Shown piece by piece: positions 58,892-64,000 of a DNA stretch of 64,000 nucleotides. Made by a program: the position numbers and the translations under genes. Source of the stretch: a virus; IMG/VR virus record IMGVR_UViG_3300031857_000053, positions 43,267 through 107,266 of that record, one strand, 5' to 3'. Every line of letters starts with the position of its first letter. Within the stretch, counting starts at the first letter, position 1. The notes under the pieces were generated by a model. The model was not told the origin of the DNA and searched no databases. It worked only from the letters and a program-made list of their open reading frames with translations.

Positions 58892-59023
58892 TTAATTTAT
58901 TTGTAATGAGAATAATAGTATAGCATCTAGTCCTATGGTACCACGGATACCTGTTACTATGAGTCCGTGGTTAGAGGTTAGGTTTCCGTTATTGTCAACG
59001 AAGTAAAGAGAGTATTCTTTCAT
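58892..59023 (-). CDS. Small ORF (43 aa), absent from ORF track
   Basis: MKEYSLYFVDNNGNL...FSLQIN with an A-rich leader. Confidence 0.4.
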   Translation of the reverse strand: MKEYSLYFVDNNGNLTSNHGLIVTGIRGTIGLDAILLFSLQIN

Positions 59024-59040
59024 AGTTTTTATTTTAATTT

Positions 59041-59160
59041 TTTTACAATCCCCTTTGCACTCAGTTGTAACAAGGCTACATATTACCTTGCTTAGGGATT
59101 AATGTTTTCATTACAACTGCTCACCCTTGGGAAGTGAGTTGTGGTGCATTATTTAAAAAT
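59041..59160 (-). ncRNA. Twister-ribozyme-like RNA (type P1)
   Basis: UAA-UGCAC..CUCAC-UUCCCAAGG-GUGAG-CAGUUGUAA...UUACAACUG-A-GUGCA-AA-GGG. P2, P4, P5 and T1 can be drawn. P1 is weak and the catalytic G position is A. Confidence 0.55.
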
Positions 59161-59253
59161 AATTTATAGTGTGGTATTAGCTGCTCCATACCACACCAGA
59201 TCTCAGCACGCTAGATCTATTCAACGTATACATAGCAGTCCGTTGAGATATTA

Positions 59254-59442
59254 TTAGAAAGTTATATCTTCATTATACTCAAAGGTACCTGTTTTAATAT
59301 ACTCTAGTACTTCTTCTTTGTAGGCATATTCAATAACACTACCATCTTTAGATACAATAGTATATGTCATTTTATCCTCATGTTTTTCTTGTGGTATTAC
59401 TACATGTGTAATAATTAACCACATAAATTTAAGTTTAATCAT
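59254..59442 (-). CDS. Hypothetical protein
   Basis: 62-aa ORF. Confidence 0.5.
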   Translation of the reverse strand: MIKLKFMWLIITHVVIPQEKHEDKMTYTIVSKDGSVIEYAYKEEVLEYIKTGTFEYNEDITF

Positions 59443-59542
59443 TTAATATGTTATTATGGATTAGAGAAAAAAATAAAAAAAAACAGGAGCACACGTTATG
59501 TGGCCCCTGTTACGGTTAGAGGTATTAAAAATCCCTAAATCT

Positions 59543-59755
59543 TTAGATACCTAGATAGTTATCGTAATCATCTTCTATTTCCATTTCATGAATTTCTTCT
59601 TCTATGAAACATCTTTCTATATTGCTAATTGTTTTTTTGCTATTATTTTTTTTCTCCATTTTCTTACAGAAGTTAGCAAACTCGTCACCATGGATTGGTG
59701 ATCTTCTATAAATCATTACAAATTTGTCGAACATTTCTTTGTAGTTAGTTGTCAT
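59543..59755 (-). CDS. Hypothetical protein
   Basis: 70-aa ORF bounded by hairpins. Confidence 0.55.
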   Translation of the reverse strand: MTTNYKEMFDKFVMIYRRSPIHGDEFANFCKKMEKKNNSKKTISNIERCFIEEEIHEMEIEDDYDNYLGI

Positions 59756-59824
59756 AGGGTTGGTATTTGAGTTAGTATCCGAGGGAGATTTTCTCCCCCG
59801 GTATAAGTTATTATTTTGCTAGAC

Positions 59825-60274
59825 TTATTTTGTCATAGCTATATTTAGGAAAGGATTGTTTCTAAGATGCTCATTGATTTCATCTTCAGTAAGATAACCT
59901 TGTACATCATGTTCTCTAAAGTCATACATCTCAAAGGTTCTTACTCCATCTCCATAAAGACCTGAGCCACCGCCAACAATGCTTATTTGAACTTCACCAT
60001 CTTTGATATATACCCATTGGGTAGCACCAAGTATAACAGGATGAATTTTTTGTTTAAAGTCATCAGGGAATACGGGTGTTACGGTACCGTGAAGCAAACT
60101 TTGGATGTAGTATATCTCTAACTTGAGATCTGCTATAATATCTTCTGTAGTTTCAGGGTCATTATTTTCTTGACTAACGAGTGAGTTTATAGCATCAAGT
60201 AGGTGTTGTTCCATAGCTTCAAGATCTTTGCTTGTTGCATTTTGGTAAATTGGTACAAATTTTTCTAGGTTCAT
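59825..60274 (-). CDS. Hypothetical protein
   Basis: ISIVGGGSGLYGDG..TFEM..V.GYLT..EI motif. Likely start ATG 60274. Confidence 0.65.
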   Translation of the reverse strand: MNLEKFVPIYQNATSKDLEAMEQHLLDAINSLVSQENNDPETTEDIIADLKLEIYYIQSLLHGTVTPVFPDDFKQKIHPVILGATQWVYIKDGEVQISIVGGGSGLYGDGVRTFEMYDFREHDVQGYLTEDEINEHLRNNPFLNIAMTK

Positions 60275-60349
60275 AGGTTTATTATTTTGAGTGGGTTGGT
60301 TGACTTGTTTATTTAGAAGACCATTTAGGATATATCTACTATGATTCAA

Positions 60350-61200
60350 CATATCCTAGGTTGATCTCAATAACCTATAGGGTTCACTCGGATGGTGTAT
60401 ACCCTACTAACTTCATGCAGTGCACCGGTATTTCTACCACGCTTTGGGCTTAAGCAAGTTTATACTCCCCCAAAGGAGTTAAAAGGCTGAGTCTTGACCT
60501 TTTACACTACCATTCTCACCTTGTTACCAAGACTAGAACACACTAGGGATTACTCCATAGTAGGTAGCAGAATCAATGTTTATACTCGTTCCCGAGTTTT
60601 TCTTATTGAGTTTCATAGACTTTAATTTCTACCAAGTGAGGTGGATGCCTCTTCATTACCTCCCGGCAACTCCTTAGATATACTCTCTCTATCTATCAAC
60701 TTTCCTTTCGGTACTCGTTGACCTGCTATATTACACGCAGATAAGATTCTTTAGCTCAATAAGTCGACACGCTTTTTGATTATTAGTTTTTAGTTAATAA
60801 CAAATGGCACTTGACGGGTTGTGGTGTCAAGTAATAGCTCACTACCTTTTGGGTAATGCGTACTATGACAACCCGATGTTGACTACCAATCAACGGTATC
60901 TTAAGATCCTGTTACCAGATCTCGCAATACTGGATAACGCAGTTCCCCCTTTGGTGAGAGAGTTCCACACTTATCCTATGAGTTCTATCCTATTGTAGTT
61001 TCCTACTCAACAGCATATGCCCATGCTGTGGTTACTCAGAGATTTCTCCATCATAACCGTTACTCACTTGCCTACTAGGACACCGGGACCCAAAGAGTCT
61101 TCAGTGCAGGACATGTGTTTGTTAACACACTACCTTTTATACCGGTCACCCGGCTTATCCCCCACTGCCATAGGCGGCAATATCTTTAAAACACAATGAC
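60350..61200 (-). ncRNA. Candidate large structured ncRNA(s)
   Basis: ~850 nt without a credible ORF, GC-richer than flanks, many hairpins, one pseudoknot. Strand inferred from neighbours. Confidence 0.5.
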
Positions 61201-61222
61201 GTAAAGCATACCCCGCGGTTGC

Positions 61223-61393
61223 TTATATATAAAGATCTCTCATCCATAGAGGATACTGAGAGTCCCTAACCTCGCGGAGGTATTCAAGATAATTCTCTAT
61301 AACTTGTTCATCCGATTCTTCTAGATCAGAGAGAGAGTCAGACAACTCATCTCCCTTAACCTCTCCTAACTCTAAATTTTTAGTATCTTCCAT
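61223..61393 (-). CDS. Small acidic protein (56 aa), absent from ORF track
   Basis: MEDTKNLELGEVKGDELSDSLSDLEESDEQVIENYLEYLREVRDSQYPLWMRDLYI. Confidence 0.5.
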   Translation of the reverse strand: MEDTKNLELGEVKGDELSDSLSDLEESDEQVIENYLEYLREVRDSQYPLWMRDLYI

Positions 61394-61605
61394 ATTAATA
61401 GAGATATATAGTTAGTTACACAATAGTTTACTGGAAAAAAAAGTCTTTGACTCAAGTGATAATTAGTGAGGGTGTATTAAACCCTCTTTCATTCTCTCTT
61501 GATTATCAAAGACTTATCGCGTGTTATCTAAAGTAAGAGATTAACTTAATCACTTGGAACACCTAGATTGTTCTAGATGTTCCGTGATTATATGTTTATC
61601 TTCTA

Positions 61606-61983
61606 TTATAGGTCACCGATGTTGTTACCTGCAGGTGTTCCTGCTGCTTTAGCTGTTGACTTAGAGGTCATTAACTTATCAGCTGCTGACTTAGCTAAGT
61701 GATCACCTAAATTACCACCATACTGTTGAACTAGTGAAGCTTGTTTGTCAAATTCTGACATATCAGCAACAACTTTATTGTTATCAGTGATAATTAAGCT
61801 ACCTGACTCACCAACAAAACGTGTTGTGAACCAAAGAGTTTCACCTGTTTTAGGGTCTACTCGGTGGTAGCTACCTTGTACTCTTTCATAATCTGCTAAC
61901 TCTGTAGCATTTCCTGTTACTGTGTAAACGAATACAGTGTTTCCTTTTGCACTCTTGTAGGTGCGGGCATAATTGATTTCCAT
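61606..61983 (-). CDS. Early protein, paralog A
   Basis: Paralog of 62896-63282. Confidence 0.8.
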   Translation of the reverse strand: MEINYARTYKSAKGNTVFVYTVTGNATELADYERVQGSYHRVDPKTGETLWFTTRFVGESGSLIITDNNKVVADMSEFDKQASLVQQYGGNLGDHLAKSAADKLMTSKSTAKAAGTPAGNNIGDL

Positions 61984-62404
61984 GTTGATTTGGGTTTTTT
62001 GGGTTATTACTTTGATTTATTAATTGGTAGATATCCTGAATATCTAATAATTACTTTAAGGAAAAAAAGGGTACTTAACATCTTCCATAACTACCATAGC
62101 TTTCAAAGCTTTACGAGTCACATAGGGCCCATAGGGTTAGTAAGGTACAATGATCATTATGCTACAAGGTTACGAGTTGTATACCTTATATAATGATTTA
62201 GAGAAAAAAAGGGAAAATATAGCTTAAGCAGGACGGTATTCTTTATTTAGATAAAGAGTCCCATAGGGCAAAAGAGTGATTATGTAACCACATTGTTGGA
62301 TTCGTAAGCGAGTGAGGGTCTCCATATCTTCGGGTGTAGACCAAATAAGGGAGAGCTATCTTATTGAGTGTCAAACAAGGGAAGGTTTTTGGATTATTGG
62401 ATTC

Positions 62405-62701
62405 CTATTTTAAGCGCTTATTATTGCCTTTTCCGTTACGTGCGCGATTACTTGAGCGGGATTCTTGTTTGAGTTTACCGTCCTTAGTATGTCCAAGATC
62501 TTTACCGTCCTTATATAGTTTCTTGGCCCGGTTAACTTTGTTAAGCTCTTCGCGATAGTTTTTTCTTTCTTCTGTCGCGTGGTATTTAGTATTATACTCA
62601 TTTTTCTTAGCACGAGCTTCAGGATTAGAAGCAAAGTATTTAGCTGATTTACTTTTTCCGGTAGATTTACCTGCGAGAGAGTTTCTTTTTGACTTATTCA
62701 T
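62405..62701 (-). CDS. Small basic protein with HNH-like C-terminus
   Basis: GKDLGHTKDG.....SSNRARNG. Confidence 0.6.
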   Translation of the reverse strand: MNKSKRNSLAGKSTGKSKSAKYFASNPEARAKKNEYNTKYHATEERKNYREELNKVNRAKKLYKDGKDLGHTKDGKLKQESRSSNRARNGKGNNKRLK

Positions 62702-62895
62702 AGTAGAACAATTAGGTTACGAAGATAAAACTTTTTTTTGAGAGGGAGTGTGTCTGGAACCGAGAAGGAGGATGATAGTAAAAAGGTTTCATCGGTCTTT
62801 GTTTCGAGCTTTGGGAGGGAAGGTTTTTTGTCTAAATCTTGTGCGATGGGCTTTTGAAAAAAGAAAGCCCCTTCTCAGGGGCTCTCTTGTTGGGA

Positions 62896-63282
62896 TTATA
62901 GGTCTGCTATGGTATCAGACTTAGAATCTTGTGTGGTCTTAGGTGATGCGGATGGCTCAACTAACTTGCTGGCAAGTTTGTTGGCTAGGGTATCACCGAA
63001 GTTTCCACCGAATTGCTCAGCAAGTGAACGAGCTTTCTCAAACTCGGACATATCAGCGATAACTTTGTTATTATCGGTGACGATGAGCTCTGCGGTTTCT
63101 CCTACAAATCTAGTGGTGAACCAAACAGGTGTACCTGTCTTTGGATCAACACGATGGAAGGAGCCTTGCGCAGCTTCGAAGGCTGCTAAATCTTCAGGAC
63201 TTGAAGATTCGACTTTGTACACAAAGGTTGTCTTTGTAGAACCTGGTTTTCTGTACTGACGGATGTAAGTTGCTTGCAACAT
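62896..63282 (-). CDS. Early protein, paralog B
   Basis: Shares QGS.HRVDPKTG..WFTTRFVGE and TDNNKV.ADMSEF with 61606-61983. Confidence 0.8.
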   Translation of the reverse strand: MLQATYIRQYRKPGSTKTTFVYKVESSSPEDLAAFEAAQGSFHRVDPKTGTPVWFTTRFVGETAELIVTDNNKVIADMSEFEKARSLAEQFGGNFGDTLANKLASKLVEPSASPKTTQDSKSDTIADL

Positions 63283-63389
63283 AGGATATAGGGATTTAGG
63301 GGTTACGGAATTAATAAATATTTAAAAAGAAAAAAGGGAAAAATCTAAGGAAAAGATACCCGGTATTTCACGGGTATCTGTCTTAAGGA

Positions 63390-63566
63390 TTAGAATTCGT
63401 ATCCTGTATTTCCTTTATCTAGGACAATAATCGCGGTAGCGTAAGGAGATTTTGGGTCTTCCCAAATTCTCATAGTTTCGCGATTAGTTCTTGGGTATTT
63501 AACCCGCTGTGCTCTAACGGTTTTACCGTTGTGCACAATGATTTCATTAGTAATAATTGTATTCAT
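63390..63566 (-). CDS. Hypothetical protein
   Basis: Likely start ATG 63566. Confidence 0.5.
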   Translation of the reverse strand: MNTIITNEIIVHNGKTVRAQRVKYPRTNRETMRIWEDPKSPYATAIIVLDKGNTGYEF

Positions 63567-63717
63567 AATTAATTTTAAAAGAAAAAAGGGAAATAACACG
63601 TGTTACAAGGGAAGGTTTCCGAGAGTATGTATTTTTTGAGGGCCGCGAGGAGCGGATGATAGTAAAACTATCTAGGAATTTTATCTAAATAAGAAATCCC
63701 CGAGGGGATGAAGATGG

Positions 63718-63966
63718 CTAGTTGCCATCCTCTAATCCTCGACGAATTTCTCTGTGTTCCAAGATAAGTTTTTTGATTTTATCTAGGTTGTTGTTTAATT
63801 TTACGGCTTGTTCACCCGTAAAAATAGTCTCTTCAAGTTCTTCAATTGTATAATCATACAATGTGTCAAACTCTTCGGGGCTAATACTCTTTTTACAAAG
63901 AAGTAAATTAAGCTTGTTGATGTCATTAATAAGTGACACCTTTTGTTTGATGATTTCTGTTGTCAT
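63718..63966 (-). CDS. Hypothetical protein
   Basis: 82-aa ORF. Confidence 0.6.
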   Translation of the reverse strand: MTTEIIKQKVSLINDINKLNLLLCKKSISPEEFDTLYDYTIEELEETIFTGEQAVKLNNNLDKIKKLILEHREIRRGLEDGN

Positions 63967-64000
63967 AATGATGGGTTTAAATTTAAGAAAAAAAAGGGGA

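Noticed and set aside
60804-61199. + strand ORFs of 64 and 60 aa
   Set aside because: Antisense to the region, atypical composition, and they overlap the structured RNA candidate.
58100-62400. tRNA, tmRNA or RNase P genes
   Set aside because: I could not find a T-loop GTTCGA/cloverleaf or RNase P GAGGAAAGUCC motif by eye. A scan should confirm.
1-64000. Stop-codon reassignment as seen in some crAss-like phages
   Set aside because: ORFs up to 12 kb are intact in code 11 and genes tile densely.
1-64000. Diversity-generating retroelement or retron
   Set aside because: No reverse transcriptase motifs and no TR/VR pair. The 61.6/62.9 kb paralogues differ at all base types.

Overview
AT-rich ~64 kb segment of a Crassvirales-like (phi14:2/crAss-type) phage of a Bacteroidetes host, read in standard code 11. 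1-29923 (+): five giant virion cargo/ejection proteins, including a 4124-aa virion RNA polymerase (GADFDIDK). A bidirectional terminator lies at ~29.95 kb. 29996-45727 (-): replication/recombination module (PolB, PD-(D/E)XK nuclease, MoxR ATPase + VWA/metallopeptidase, RuvC, primase, Sak4-like ATPase, DnaB). 45.7-57.6 kb: accessory genes (UDG-like, GroES, SP-lyase-like radical SAM, GH73, ClpS, SF2 helicase, HNH). 58-64 kb: probable early region with small ORFs, repeated motifs and several structured non-coding elements. Main findings: (1) an in-frame array of three domain cassettes (macro-like, SLOG-like, NADAR-like) inside the virion RNAP, delimited by four identical 18-bp repeats spaced 480/480/447 bp; (2) an attC-type integron gene cassette with no integrase in the window, whose gene is inverted and starts inside the attC; (3) cysteines confined to the adjoining termini of the three largest cargo proteins; (4) a twister-like ribozyme fold, kissing-loop RNAs and an ~850-nt candidate large ncRNA. 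All family calls come from motif recognition by eye, not from database searches.
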